The translations under genes were made by a program, and so were the position numbers. Of a stretch of DNA of 13,840 nucleotides, positions 13,699-13,840 are shown piece by piece; position 1 is the stretch's first letter; every line of letters starts with the position of its first letter. The DNA is from an uncultured Gammaproteobacteria bacterium (GTDB lineage Bacteria > Patescibacteriota > Patescibacteriia > CAYYDP01), in the NCBI GenBank assembly GCA_964470645.1, contig CAYYDP010000033.1, positions 1 through 13,840 of the forward strand. Reading direction: 5' to 3'. The notes beneath the pieces are model-generated. The model ran no database searches and was not told where the DNA came from. It was given only the letters and a program-made list of their open reading frames with translations.

Positions 13699-13840
13699 TA
13701 CCTCAACAATTTTCTCTTTATTTCCCATTTCGATTGTTGGTGAAGAACGCAGTACTCAAATGATACACAAACATTAATACGCTAGTTTATATGTTCCAGG
13801 ATTTGCTGTATCAGGTATTAAACATGTATCATTTAACGAA

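Noticed and set aside
13598-13777. 59-codon ORF with a strong Shine-Dalgarno (AGGAGG, 4 nt spacer) inside MITE copy 2
   Set aside because: Its translation (MPSTHSMLLYRSLTFAVPHFITPLSSPLILRGESTST...) is low-complexity and dictated by the palindromic repeat sequence. It is below the ORF cut-off, and the SD is part of the purine-rich hairpin end. It is kept only as a note under the MITE finding.

Overview
The window is a housekeeping backbone interrupted by accessory insertions. On the minus strand it encodes the 5' part of an ECF-type sigma-70 factor (running off the window start), an M29 aminopeptidase, enolase, an SPFH/band-7 protein, a DsbA-like thioredoxin and a membrane-anchored PD40/TolB-like beta-propeller. 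On the plus strand it encodes a CoaE-like P-loop kinase and RecG. Three toxin-antitoxin loci are packed between these genes: a VapC-like PIN toxin with a small upstream partner (5987-6597), a HEPN/MNT pair (7578-8276) and a RelE/ParE toxin with an AbrB/MazE-type antitoxin (12859-13413). Two of the three are bounded by 27-28 bp direct repeats. One pair of those repeats is a long hairpin with integron attC-like ends. The other duplicates the 5' end of the neighbouring TolB-like gene. Two of the three toxin genes look disrupted: the PIN toxin has a TAA at codon 2, and the HEPN gene is split by a frameshift. A short palindromic MITE-like element, with each end itself a perfect hairpin, occurs twice. 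One copy is inserted in-frame inside enolase and adds about 29 residues, in the manner of Rickettsia palindromic elements. The other sits upstream of the RelE module. There is also a family of GC-rich intergenic hairpins, a protein combining tandem 11-residue repeats with a C-terminal winged helix, and a 4x octamer repeat inside recG. I found no rRNA, tRNA or CRISPR array.
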